Both the position numbers and the translations under genes were made by a program. Positions 1-11,842 of a stretch of DNA of 64,000 nucleotides are shown piece after piece. Source of the DNA: Eledone cirrhosa. Its lineage: Eukaryota. Location of the stretch: positions 113,956,001-114,020,000 of the forward strand of contig OZ024743.1 in NCBI GenBank assembly GCA_964016885.1. The letters are read 5' to 3'. Numbering within the stretch: the stretch's first letter is position 1; the number at the start of each line of letters is the position of its first letter. The notes beneath the pieces were generated by a model, which was given only the letters and a program-made list of their open reading frames with translations, did not search any database and was not told the origin of the DNA.

Positions 1-23
1 AGGCAACTCCTGCTACATAATCA

Positions 24-179
24 ACAACATAAGATAATTATTTCATTTACCAGTGGTTTCTTGAAGACAGATGTTGTGTCTGTCTTCAGTCGTCAGAATG
101 AATAAAAAACATGGTGTTTTTATTAAATATGGATTTGAAATTCACGAAACCACTGGTAAATGAAATAATTATCTTATGT

Positions 180-182
<3 letters not shown>
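24..182. repeat. Inverted repeat (37-bp perfect arms, 24-60 and 146-182) carrying HHR-A and ending in (TA)n
   Basis: ACAACATAAGATAATTATTTCATTTACCAGTGGTTTC and its reverse complement. Confidence 0.9.
42..102 (-). ncRNA. Type I hammerhead ribozyme motif (HHR-A)
   Basis: Minus strand reads TTCATT-CTGACGA-cTGAAGACAGA[CACAACA]TCTGTCTTCAa-GAAAC-CACTG-GTA-AATGAA. Core intact; stem I 6 bp, stem II 10 bp, short stem III, GUA cleavage triplet. Confidence 0.8.
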
Positions 183-222
<40 letters not shown>

Positions 223-226
<4 letters not shown>

Positions 227-527
227 AGAACAAAGTGGGGGTGTTACATAGGAGATTTATTGCTTAATCCTGGTTACAAATGTTTCTCACGCAGCCAGCT
301 CGTGATCTGGGTTGGCACCCCAGACCATACTCCAAGTCTGCCTGATCCTCAGACCAGTATTAACACAACAAAAATCACATCAAATCTGTGGACAAACCAG
401 CCAGGCACAAACACTCCTATAAAATGACCAATCACAGGCCTAGAATTCAAGCCAGCTGCTTGAGAAACATTTGTAACCAGGATTGAGGAATAAATCTCCT
501 ATGTACCACCTCCACTTTGGTCTTATT
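223..527. repeat. Diverged inverted repeat (about 78-bp arms, 223-300 and 450-527) carrying HHR-B
   Basis: AATAAGAACAAAGTGGGG...TGTTTCTCACGCAGC versus GCTGCTTGAGAAACA...CCACTTTGGTCTTATT; TA tracts at both outer ends. Confidence 0.85.
264..363 (-). ncRNA. Type I hammerhead ribozyme motif (HHR-B)
   Basis: Minus strand reads TTAATACTGGT-CTGAGGA-TCAGGCAG...CTGCGTGA-GAAAC-ATTT-GTA-ACCAGGATTAA. Stem I 10/11 bp, stem II 7/8 bp, GUA triplet. Confidence 0.8.
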
Positions 528-878
528 ATATATACTCTGTTCTGCATTAAGTGCTGACCTTCGTATTCTCACCAGGTTAATCAAAATGCTACATGTCGTC
601 ACTATTAGAACCACAGCTCCACCAAAATAATTTTTTAAAAAATTCATTAGGAGCAGTAACATAAAAATTCAAGGGTAAGATATTGTCTAAACAAATGTAT
701 CCACCACATTATATGTTTGTGTATGTATATATATATATATATATATGTAGAAGTTATATTTAAATTGTTGGGATACAACAAGCAAATATTTTATAACCGA
801 TATAAAGCACTCAACAAATTATTGGAGTAAAAATACGATATATTAACAAATGGAAACTATATTTATAAAACCATATTT

Positions 879-941
879 ATTTCATTATACATATTTCAAG
901 GACACCAAGTCAAAATATGGTGCACTTTCATCAGATAAAAT
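879..941 (-). ncRNA. Type I hammerhead ribozyme motif (HHR-C, left inverted copy)
   Basis: Minus strand reads ATTTTAT-CTGATGA-AAGTGCACCA...TGGTGTCCTT-GAAA-TATGTAT-A-ATGAAAT. Stem III is minimal. Confidence 0.65.
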
Positions 942-1432
942 ATAATATAGATCAGTTTTATAAATAAATATTGACATACCCTTAAAGAATGCGACCACTT
1001 AATCAAATTTAAACATTAGATAAAATTCTCCGGTTATTATTATTTATTTATTTCTATTCACGCTTATTTACTCTGCGTAACTCATCCAATAAATATTTTT
1101 TTTTTCGCGACATCTTAAAATTTACGTTAATACAACAACCTATCACTTAGGGCTTTCTCTTTCTTTTTCTCTTTTTTCTCTTTTTTCTCTTTCTCTTGTT
1201 TTCTTCTTTTCCTCTTAGAATTTACTCTTTCTTTTCTCTTTTTCTTTCTCTTTTCCTTTTTCCATACTCCAACGGCTTATTTTAAATCTACTGTGATTCA
1301 AACATATCCGACACTAATTTGCATAATAGACTAAATAAATTTAATAACCCCACTATCCGGGAGCTTCCAGCAGAAATGGTCGCATTCTTTAAGGGTATGT
1401 CAATATTTATTTATAAAACTGATCTATATTAT

Positions 1433-1495
1433 ATTTTATCTGATGAAAGCGCACCATAATTTGACTTGGTGTCCTTGAAATATGTATAATGAAAT
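1433..1495 (+). ncRNA. Type I hammerhead ribozyme motif (HHR-C, right copy)
   Basis: ATTTTAT-CTGATGA-AAGCGCACCA...TGGTGTCCTT-GAAA-TATGTAT-A-ATGAAAT. Stem I has one G-U pair; stem II 9/10 pairs. Confidence 0.65.
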
Positions 1496-2049
1496 AAATA
1501 TAGTTTTATAAATATAGTTTCCATTTGTTAATATATCGTATATATATATACAGAGAGAGGAAAGCTGAGGGGAAAATACATTAACATATTAGCTACCAAG
1601 CCACATTTCCCATTTTATCCCCTGGTTGTAATATGATTTCATTTGGATTGGCAGTATTGGTAGAGGGTCGGACGCTATGCTTTGCAGCAAAGACTTACGT
1701 CCCTTTATGGTCTGAGTTCAAATCCCGCCGAGGTTAACTTTGCCTTTCATCCTTACAGGGTCGATAAAATAAAGCACCAGTAATACACTGGGATAATTGC
1801 TGGCCGTGTGCCAAATGTAGAAACAATTATTTTAATATAAGCACCATAATATGTGTTTGCACTATATGTGAATGAAGGATGACATAGATATTTACCCACG
1901 TCTTACCGGATGAGTCGTTTGGTACATATGTTCATATTACAAACAAAAGTCTCACGTCATCATAACAAAATAAAACAAAAACAAAAAACATGGAATAACC
2001 TACAGGATGGTTGTGCAGGTCTTGCACATATACCAATGCATTCTTTGTG

Positions 2050-2400
2050 CTGGTGGTGGTGGTGGTAGTAATAATGGTGAGAGGAGGGACTTTGTGGTGG
2101 TGGTGGCGGTGGTAATGATGGTAGTAATAATGGTGAGAGGAGGGACTTTGTGGTGGTGGTGGTGGTAATGATGGTAATAATAATGGTGAGAGGAGGGACT
2201 TTGTGGTGGTGGTGGTGGTGGTGGTAATGATGGTAGTAATAATTGTGAGAGGAGGGACTTTGTGGTGGTGGTGGTGGTGGTAATGATGGTAGTAATAATG
2301 GTGAGAGGAGGGACTTTGTGGTGGTGGTAACAGTGGTGGTGGGGATTTGTGTTGGTGGTGATGATAGTGGTGGTAATAATGGTGGGTGTAATGATACTGA
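2050..2400. repeat. (GGT)-rich minisatellite, unit about 45-55 bp
   Basis: GTGAGAGGAGGGACTTTGTGGTGGT...AATAAT repeated 5 times. Confidence 0.9.
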
Positions 2401-3431
2401 GAGGGGAAATTTGTGGTGGTGAGTGGTAGGAAGGGGATCTTTTATTGGTGGTGGCAGTGTTGAGAAGGGGTGGGGTTTTAGTGGTGGTGTTAATGATGCT
2501 GGTGATAATAATTGTTTTTACTTTAGGCACAAGGCCAGCAATTCCTCGGATGGGGAAAGTCGATTAAATCGACCCCAGTGCATTACTGGTGCTTTATTTT
2601 ATCGACCCCATAAGGATGAAAGGCAAAGCTAACCTCAGTGGGATTTGAACTCAAAGTAAAGGGACGGAACTCTATGCTGCCAACCCAACGCCCTGGTGTT
2701 GGTGATGATAATAATGGTGAGAAGAGGATTGGTGTTCCATAAGTCAGTCAGGAATGTATGGATTGCATGGGAGCTAACATGCTATCTATACCAACTGCAA
2801 GGTCACCCTGCTATCTTTACACTTGTCTACAAAAAGCTCTCCCCTATCATTAGCAGTCTGAACTTTTCTACACTATCCATCCTAGTAATCTCAGCAGGTT
2901 ATGAATCTAATTTCTCTTCCTTCTAAATTACGTTAACCCTTTACCATTTTAAATTGGCCGTATCCGACTAGAATTCTCTCATCTGTTCAAACCAACACTA
3001 ACTGGCCACTCATACCGATGTTAAGGCATTGTTCTCAAAGTAAAAAACATCAAAATGTTGTAGATTCCATATTATGTGAGGTAAAGCCTTCACTGCAAAA
3101 ATACAATAGTAAATATAGAGTAATGTAAATGCTAAAGAGTTAATAACATTGAAAAGAGTGAAGTGGTAAAGATCTTCAGGAGACAGCAAACATAGCACAG
3201 GATGGACCTCATAAATCTGTTGATCTTGGGACCAGGTCATTACCTAACCCCAGTAATTGTAAGAAAACGGAAACCAACCCTGACCCTTATGGAGGGCAGC
3301 TATAAAAACATAGATTAGACATCTCATACCACATATATATTAATATCTTATTTGATTTAGAACAAAACTTAAATAATAAATAATATAACACATGCACGCA
3401 CACATGTATATGTATATATATGTGTGTATAT

Positions 3432-3616
3432 ATCATCATCATCATCATCGTTTAACATCCATCTTCCACGCTTGCATGGGTTTGGACGGGAGTTTTCCCA
3501 CTTGAGGCAAGAGTGGTTGTCTTGCTCGCATAGGACTGTCTGGCGGGTTTTCTATGGCTGGATGCCCTTCCTAACACCAACCACATTTACAGTGTGGACT
3601 GGGAGGTTTTTACCGT
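3432..3616 (-). mobile_element. Short 3'-end fragment of RTE-like LINE family 2
   Basis: Reverse complement of about 16005-16187. Confidence 0.8.
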
Positions 3617-4090
3617 GTTCATCATCATTCATCATTTCATTTTACGTCCGCTTTTTCCCTGCTTGCAAGGGTGGGATGGGAACTGATTCTGGCTTGATTT
3701 CTACAGCTGGATGCCCTTCCTAACACCAACCTCATTTACAGTGAGTGCTGGGTGCTTTTTTGCCGTGGCACCTGCACGACCACTTTGCAGTGGAATGATA
3801 GGGACCCCAGTCCTATCATCTCATTTCTACAGCTGAGTAAACTGGAGCAATCTGAAATAAAGTGTCTTGCTCAAGGAAACAACACATCACCCGGTCTGAG
3901 AATTGAACTCACAACCTTTCGATTGCAAAGCCAATGCTCTAACCACTAAGCCATGTGCCTCCATATATATATATATATATATATACGTGTGCGTGTATAT
4001 ATGCTATGTAAAAGATTATTGTGTGTGTATATATATATATATATATGCATGTGCGTGTATATATGCTATGTAGAAGATTATTGTGTGTGC

Positions 4091-4125
<35 letters not shown>

Positions 4126-4949
4126 GTGTACATATGTGTTTATGTAAAAGTAAATTTTCACCCCTTAGTTTTTCTTTTTTGGGGGCCTTTATTCTATCTC
4201 ATTACTTTTTTTATACCTATTTTTTTTTTTATTATATTTAATTATTTTTTTATGACTTATTTCCCACTATTTCTGTCCCTTCAAATTATATCCTTTCTAC
4301 CTCTCTTCTTAGTCCAGTTGCCTTTTATTCAGAGCGGATATCAGTAGAAATATCTTCACTGAGAGATGGGACAAACTTATCTCGTACTTTGAAATTCAAT
4401 ATTTAATGTATTGCTAATGAATGGGCATAATAATTGTTTCTACTTTAGGCACAAGGCCAGCAATTACCCAGTACATTACTGGTACTTTATTTTATCGACC
4501 CCGTAAGGATGAAAGGCAAAGTTAACCTCGGCGGGATTTGAACTCATGAATGGGCATAATAATAATATTATTATACAACCAGTATTATGTAGACTTATAT
4601 TGTATTGAAACATATGTAAAAGAACGAACTTTTGATAAAATTCTTCACTTCTTTTCTATACTTCACGCCTAGTGTTTGTTTTCCCTGTACATTTAAAAAT
4701 ATATTACTCCATGATCTTCCACCTGGATACTATAATCTGACCCCTCTTAATCGACTATTACTATAACCTACAAGGACTATGTTGAGAAAAATACTTTCGT
4801 AAGCAACCTTACTTGTTTTATTTTTGTTTGTACACTTATCTACACAAACAAACTTTACTTGTACATTTATTCATATTATATGTATATATATATATAATCT
4901 TCTAGAGTTCAAAAGCTAGCTAAACTGAAGAGGTACCAGCCTGCCCAGC

Positions 4950-7740
4950 CAGTGGAATGGCGTCATCTTATGGTTAAAACAGCACAAAGAAAAAGGCCTC
5001 AGTACCCTGCGCGTCAATTGGGCCACTCCATGACGGTGGAGTGCAACCCAAGCCTCTCGGGCTGCTAAGAATCACAGGTTGCCGAAGGCCGCCAAGGAAC
5101 AGGACTAACCTTGCAGTTCTTAAGGCAGGGGGGCAAGGACTGAACCACCTAATGGAGGAGAAGAAGAAGATCAGGTGCGACGTGTTAGGGTTGTGCGAGA
5201 CCCGCCAGAAGAAGGAGGCGAGTTCGCGATGGCAAGATGGGTGCGCCTTGAGACTCGGGAAAGCAGAGGGTGCCAGATCGGTCGGAGGTATAGGGTTCAT
5301 CGTAAGCAAGGAATGGGCTTCGAAGGTCGCTTCTTGCCAGTTCATATCGTCACAGATTGGTGTACTGAACGTGAACCTCTCAGGGAAAGCCACCCTCAAG
5401 ATCATCCAGACCTACGCTCCCACAAGTACCAGCGACGACGATGAGGTGGAAGAATTCTATCGCCAGCTAGACAAAGTGCTAGCTGTGAAGTCCACTTACA
5501 CCATCGTGATGGGAGACTTCAACGCAAAGGTCGGACAGGGACGGCAAGGGGAAGAGTATGTCGGAAGATTTGGCCTAGGAGAGCTAAATGAGAGAGGAGA
5601 GCGTCTGGTCACCATGGCGGAGGCGAGACGGCTTTACATCGGAAACAGCCTATTCAGGAAGAAGAAGGAGAAGAGATGGACCTGGGTATCGCCAAATTCT
5701 GAGCACCGAAACGAGATTGACTACATCTTGGTCGACAAGCGACGCATACTGCAGGACGTCTCCGTCATAACGCCATTCAACACTGGCAGTGATCATCGTC
5801 TGGTGAGGGCAAGGATCGTCATCGACAGGACGAGGGAGAAGAAGGCGCTGCATTTGGCGTGGAAGGGAGAACACGTCCGGGTCCTCAACAAGGCGCAGCT
5901 GCAGAAAGCCATTATGCAGGAAAAGTGGCATCAAGGAAACGGCATAGACGCTGACTACGACTCACTGATAAAGAAACTGAAGGAGTGCTTGAGGAAGGTT
6001 AAGGGTGTGTGCCCGACGAAGCGGAAGGGAAGAATCTCGGAGGAAACTATGAAATTGCTTGAGAAAAGGAAGAATATGAAGAGGATACCTGAAGATCACC
6101 TCGAATATTCCCTTCTCAGCAGAGTGATACGTCAACAACTGAAGAGAGACTTCGAGGCATACGGGATGGAGAAGCTCCTGAAGGTCGCAAAGGAAAAGAA
6201 GAGCTTCAAGAAATGCGAGAAGGACATGACAATGTACAGATCGGAGGTGACGACTCTGAAAAACACAGATGGAGTACCGGTCAGCAACAAGAGTGAGGTG
6301 GAAAAGGTTTGCGAAGACTTCTACACCAAGCTCTTCAAGTCTGCCGGGAATGTGCAGCCGTCACCATCACTCCAACAGGAAGAAAATGTGCCACCCATCC
6401 TTGTCGGTGAGGTCGAAAGAGCCGTCGGCTTGATGAAAAGCGGAAAGGCACCAGGGAAAGACGGCATAACATCAGAGGTGTTGAAGTCAGGCGGAGAGCA
6501 GCTCTGGAAAATCCTCACCGAGTGATTCACACGCTATCTGGACGAGGGAAGAATACCCTCGCAGTGGAAAGAGTCGAATACCATCCTGCTATACAAGAAG
6601 GGCGATAGAGGAGATCTGAAGAACTACCGACCCATATGCCTGCTGTCTCACATGTACAAGCTGTTCACGAAGATAATCCTGAACAGGTTATCACGTCATC
6701 TGGACGAACAGCAACCGAGAGAGCAAGCCGGCTTCCGGAAAAACTACAGCATGATGGACTGCATATTTACTCTGACACAACTGCTTGAGCGAGCAAAAGA
6801 GTACAAGATGCCTCTTTGCGTCGCGTTCGTAGACTACGAGAAGGCCTTCGACAGCGTCGAAATCAACGCAGTGCTGAACTCACTGCAGAGGCAAGGAGTC
6901 AAGGCGCAATACGTTCAACTGCTCAGGGGGGTGGGTTCCTGATGCACCACCGACATAGCTCTGCTGTCATCACACGTACGAGTGCCGGTCGAGAAGGGAG
7001 TGAAGCAACGAGATACGATCTCTCCAAAACTTTTCACCACGTGTCTCGAGCAGATCATCAGAGGCATTGACTGGCAAGGCGGTGTCAACATCAATGGCAA
7101 GATACTTACCCACCTCCGTTTTGCTGATGACATCGTACTCATCACTGAGACCACAGAGCAGCTTCAGACCATGCTGACGGAGCTCGATATCAAAAGCTCT
7201 GCAGTAGGCCTCAAGATGAACCGCATGAAAACGAAGTTCATGCGGTCCGACAACGTACCAACAGGTCGAATGGTGGTTGGCGGTGATGAAATAGAGGAGG
7301 TGGAGGAATACGTCTACCTGGGACAAGAAGTGAACATGCGCCGAGACATTGAGAGGGAGATCTTGCGGAGAGTAAAGGCCGGATGGAAAGCGTTCAACGG
7401 CATAAGGGATGTGTTCAAGGGAAGGTTGGACAAGACCACCCGCGCCAACCTCTTCAATAGCACAGTTTTCCCTACAATGTTATATGGCAGTGAAACTTGA
7501 GCTACAACGAAGAGAGAAGAGCAGAGGCTGGTAACGACTCAAAGAGCCATGGAGAGATCAATGCTAGGAATCTCGTTGAGAGAGCACATCAGGAGCGAAG
7601 TCATCAGACAGAAGTCCGGCGTGAGGGACGTCATCACGGAATATAAGCGCAGCAAGTTCAGATGGGCTGGACACGTCGCCCAGTTCACCGATAATCGGTG
7701 GACCCGCGCAGTTGTCGAGTGGTACCTGCGCGAGCGGAAA
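4950..7740 (+). mobile_element. RTE-clade LINE, near full-length ORF (APE endonuclease + reverse transcriptase), inactivated and 3'-truncated
   Basis: APE motifs LCETR, YAPT, GDFNAKVG, EIDYIL, SDHRLV; RT motifs KAPGKDG, QAGFR, FVDYEKAFDSV, LRFADD, YVYLG. Stops at 6523-6525 and 7498-7500; frameshift near 6930. The 5' boundary is approximate. Confidence 0.95.
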
Positions 7741-7760
7741 GGAAAAATCCATAATAAATT

Positions 7761-7833
7761 TTCCTTTCTGATGAACGACTTTGGACACCCCTGTTGAGGT
7801 CACCTGTCTCCGTGAAACCCTTAGTAAATGGAA
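7761..7833 (+). ncRNA. Type I hammerhead ribozyme motif (HHR-D)
   Basis: TTCCTTT-CTGATGA-ACG...CGT-GAAAC-CCTTA-GTA-AATGGAA. Stem I 6/7 bp, GUA triplet. Confidence 0.7.
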
Positions 7834-7923
7834 TAATTGTATTGTGTTGTTTATTACATAATTAAATAGCTCTGTACTATACATAGAGCACTCTGCCTTC
7901 CTTTACCTTTTCTACAGAAATAC

Positions 7924-7963
<40 letters not shown>

Positions 7964-8078
7964 ATTTCTGTAGAAAAGGTAAGGGAAAGCAGAGTGCTCT
8001 ATGTATAGTACAGAGCTATTTAATTATGTAATAAACAACACAATACAATTATTCCATTTACTAAGGGTTTCACGGAGA
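7807..8078. repeat. Inverted repeat (119-bp arms, 7807-7925 and 7960-8078) separated by (TA)n
   Basis: TCTCCGTGAAACCCTTAGT...AGAAATACTT and its reverse complement. Confidence 0.92.
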
Positions 8079-8814
8079 TATATATATATATATATTAGTA
8101 TTGGTGCTCTGAAATAGCAATGTATACATGAATGTATGTATAGTATATTTGGCAATATACTGTATGTTTTATTAAAAACATTTTGAAGCCCCTTCGCTAT
8201 GAGTATTAAAATAGTGACTATGTCAATTATTTTCGGCAAAAACAAAGGGAGAGTAATCGATGATCTGTTTCTCACTTGTTAGCTTTTATCAAGACCACGG
8301 AATCGCCTGCCTTTGCCGAAAATTATAGAAGTTGGATTCTTATAAAATTTCAGTAATATTTAAGAGCTGATTAAACAGAGTGATTGCAGGCCCAGCAAAA
8401 ATTAGGTATATCATCATCATCATCATTTTATGTCAATTTTTCCACACTAGCATGGGTTAAACAGGTTGTGCTGTTGTGGGCAATGCTAGGTCAGGTGACC
8501 ATGTTTTGCACATACAGAACTGATATTTGCTTGGTTTCTACAGCTGAATGCCCTTCCTAACACCAACCTCATTTACAGTGAGTACTGGGTGCTTTTTGTC
8601 ATGACACCTACACGACCACTTTACAGTGTGGGTTGGGCACTTTTTGTTGTATCACCATCACAACCCCTTTACAAGGGCTTCACTGGATGTATAGTTAGTA
8701 CTGCCCACGTGGGGATATATGGGAGGGTGGGTTGGGTGGTGCATACTGCAGATATGCTTCAGTTTCTGCCTGTGCCTGCGGGGAGTCATGTCATATATAT
8801 ATATATATATATAT

Positions 8815-8990
8815 ATAGGAACGAGTAGGACCCCGACGGCTGAGCTCAAGCCGCTTCGACGTAGCCGTCGAAACGGCTTGAGCTCAGCCGTCGGGGTCCT
8901 ACTCGTTCCTATTACCCACTCTACTACCCTAAGTATTAAGTACTTTGGTACGTTATGGCCCATCTGGTTCCTTACCACATTTCCTTTGTT
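8815..8990 (+). mobile_element. Fold-back element: GC-rich hairpin 8815-8912 plus a unique tail, inserted in (TA)n; contains the 3' half of a hammerhead
   Basis: 47-bp arms (1 mismatch) with loop TAGC. GAAACGGCT-TGAGCTC-AGCCGT-C-GGGGTC is stem III plus a GUC site. Homologous copy at 47797-47977. Confidence 0.8.
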
Positions 8991-9461
8991 ATATATATAT
9001 ATATGGTGTGTGGGGTTGAGTGTAGATTTGCTTCACTTTGTGGATAGTCTCAGTTTGGCACAGACTTGTTTGCATTCAGGTTAAGGCAATTGATGGTCAT
9101 GTGAGTGTGTGTGTGTTGTGTGTGTATCTGGTGGTGGTTGTGGTGTAGGGGGAGGTGTACTGTTGCTGGTGTTAGTAATGATGGTGAGGAGGACTTTAGG
9201 TGCTGGTGGTAATAGTGGTAGGAAGGTTGATAATGGTGGAGAGATTTTAGTAGTGGTGGTGGTGGTGGTGGTGGTGGTAGTATTGGTGATAATGGTGCTG
9301 GTGATAGTAATGGCAATGAGAAGGGAGATATTAGTGTCCCATAAGTATGTCAGGTATGTATGATTGGAATATATAAGTTTAATTGATGTTCTAACTTGTG
9401 GCACACCTCTCTACATCACACATAAATACACAACACATAGTAACACATTCTGTACATCACT

Positions 9462-9500
<39 letters not shown>

Positions 9501-9722
9501 ACACCAGTAAGTAGACATACAAAAAAATGTCCTCAAGGTGCAAATAAAATGACAAAATAATGTAGAAATAAAAATTATTTAAAAGAAAAAAATACTCAGC
9601 CATTCCTCTCTGTAACCAGTCAGAAATATGTCACGACAACAAAATATAGCTGTGTCATTTCTTTTTAACCACTACTATCATTCGTTATCCCTCATTCTCT
9701 TCTTCCCTCTCTCTTGCCATCT

Positions 9723-9753
<31 letters not shown>

Positions 9754-10516
9754 CTTTATTGTATTCTGGTGTTTGTTTTGTTATTTTCATTTACTTTTTG
9801 CATAAAAATTTATATTTATTTATATATATATTCTTCTATATATTCTTATATGTGAACAGATTCTCATTCCACTTTGAAAATTTGTTGTAACTACATATTA
9901 TTATTTAAGTAGTTGGATTGGCAGTATCAGTAGAGTATCAGACACCATGCTTTGCAGCACAGAGTTACGGCCCTTTACGTTCTGAGTTCAAATCCCACCA
10001 AGGTAAGCTTTGACTTTTATCCTTACGGGGTCGATAAAATAAAGCACCAGCAATGCACTGGGGGTAATTGCTGGCCTTGTGCCAAAAGTAGAAACAATTA
10101 TTTAAGTAGTTCGATACGAGTTAATTTGATTAAAATTATCAAATGTTAACAATCCAAGATTTATATATAATGCATACGATGAAACACATGTTATGCAATA
10201 AACATTATTCCCATTCATCTGGATTATGGTGTTTTTAATATTTTTGTATGTGTATGTGTATATATATATATATATATATGCACACACACATACATACATA
10301 CACACACACACACACATACATACACACACACATATATAAATATAACACATATAAAACATATAGTGTTGCCTTAATATGAGTAGGGGAAAATCTTCAATCA
10401 AACGAGACTATCTTCATTAAGAAGTTTACTTTACAATTCATTGTTCTAAGTTCAATCTCTCTAACAGTACATTGAGCAAGTATTTCCTACAATTAACTTA
10501 TCAATCTCAGTAATAG

Positions 10517-10927
10517 AGAAGACCCGCCTTACCTAAATACAAAGTAAAACCTACTACAGTCAGTAGGCATCTCTAACAAAATACACCCCCATCCCACTAC
10601 CCCCACCCCATCCACACCGCCCCTTTCAATGTAAAGTTATGTTGGTGCCACAACATCCAGGCCGAAACAAATGAGATCGTGTAGGTGTCACGACAAAAAA
10701 ACACACAGTCCACGCTGTAATGTGGCCGTGTAGGCAACACGGTAAAAACCTCCCAGCCCCACACTGTAAATGTGGTTGGTGTTAGGAAGGGCATCCAGCT
10801 GTAGAAAACCCGCCAGACAGTCCTATGCGAGCAAGACAATCACTCTTGCCTCAAGTGGAAAAACCCCCCGTCCAAACCCATGCAAGTGTGGAACATGGAC
10901 GTTAAACGTTGATGATGATGATGATGA
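10517..10927 (+). mobile_element. 3' UTR fragment of RTE-like LINE family 2
   Basis: Matches 15785-16187, including the (GAT)n tail. Confidence 0.9.
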
Positions 10928-11842
10928 ACTTATGTAGACCAAAGCCTCTGGAAACTGTTTGGCTATTTGAAATACATGGCATTGTAGTAGTTTATGATAG
11001 CTTTTGCTATCATCATCATCATCATCATACATCTACACTGGCATAAGTTAACACTTGTTGTCAAAGTCCAAGACCTGAAGCATCAGAGCAATCAATCTTG
11101 ATCAGTATGTTCTCTATTTGGCATGGTTTCTATGGATCACCTTCATAATGCAAACCACTTTACAGTGTATACTGTGAGTGTTTTTCATGACATCAGCACT
11201 ACAATTTTACAGAGAAGAATGAATGCATTTTGTCATAGTACCAACACTAACACTTTACAGGGTACACTTGGTTCATTTTATTACAAAACCAGCAATAGAG
11301 AGGCTGTCAAATGCTAGTCCAGACAAAAGAGTCCTCTCAAACCCTGCAATGTCCCCATTTGATTGTCAACCGCTAGAAACTGTGGTCATATTGCCTACAT
11401 CGGTTGGTGGTCCTTTTAAATTATGGCACATCACCACTCAGCTTGGTCCTGTGTCATCATCATAATTGTTTCTACTTTTGGCACAAGGCCAGCAATTATC
11501 CCAGTGCATTACTGGTACTTTATTTGATCGACCCCGTAAGGATGAAAGGCAAAGTTAACCTTGGCGGGATAATGTGGTTCAGTTTGTAGAGGCCATTTTT
11601 CACAACTTTGTTCTCTGCTATTTATACTTAGATTTGCCTTATGCTAAAGGCACTGCATAGTTACAAAATTATTATATCAGCAAGAAATTGTTAGAAACAT
11701 ACTTCTATTTCCAACTGAATATATATACAAGGTGTCCCCAAAAATGTATACATATTTTGATTTATATATATATGTATGTATACACACTTTGATTTATATA
11801 TATATATATATAAATCAAAGTGTGTATACATACATATATATA

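Larger units (their letters stand above)
834..1540. repeat. Inverted repeat (164-bp arms, 834-997 and 1377-1540) carrying HHR-C in both arms
   Basis: Near-identical reverse-complement arms around a 379-bp spacer; the right arm ends in (TA)n. Confidence 0.92.

Noticed and set aside
4920-5040. Ribozyme at the 5' end of the RTE LINE
   Set aside because: CTGAAGA is present without a GAAA partner, and I could not build an HDV-like double pseudoknot by eye.
8225-8327. TTTTCGGCAAA / TTTGCCGAAAA inverted repeat as a ribozyme fold-back
   Set aside because: Only 11 bp of pairing, no CUGANGA and no valid stem III/NUH.
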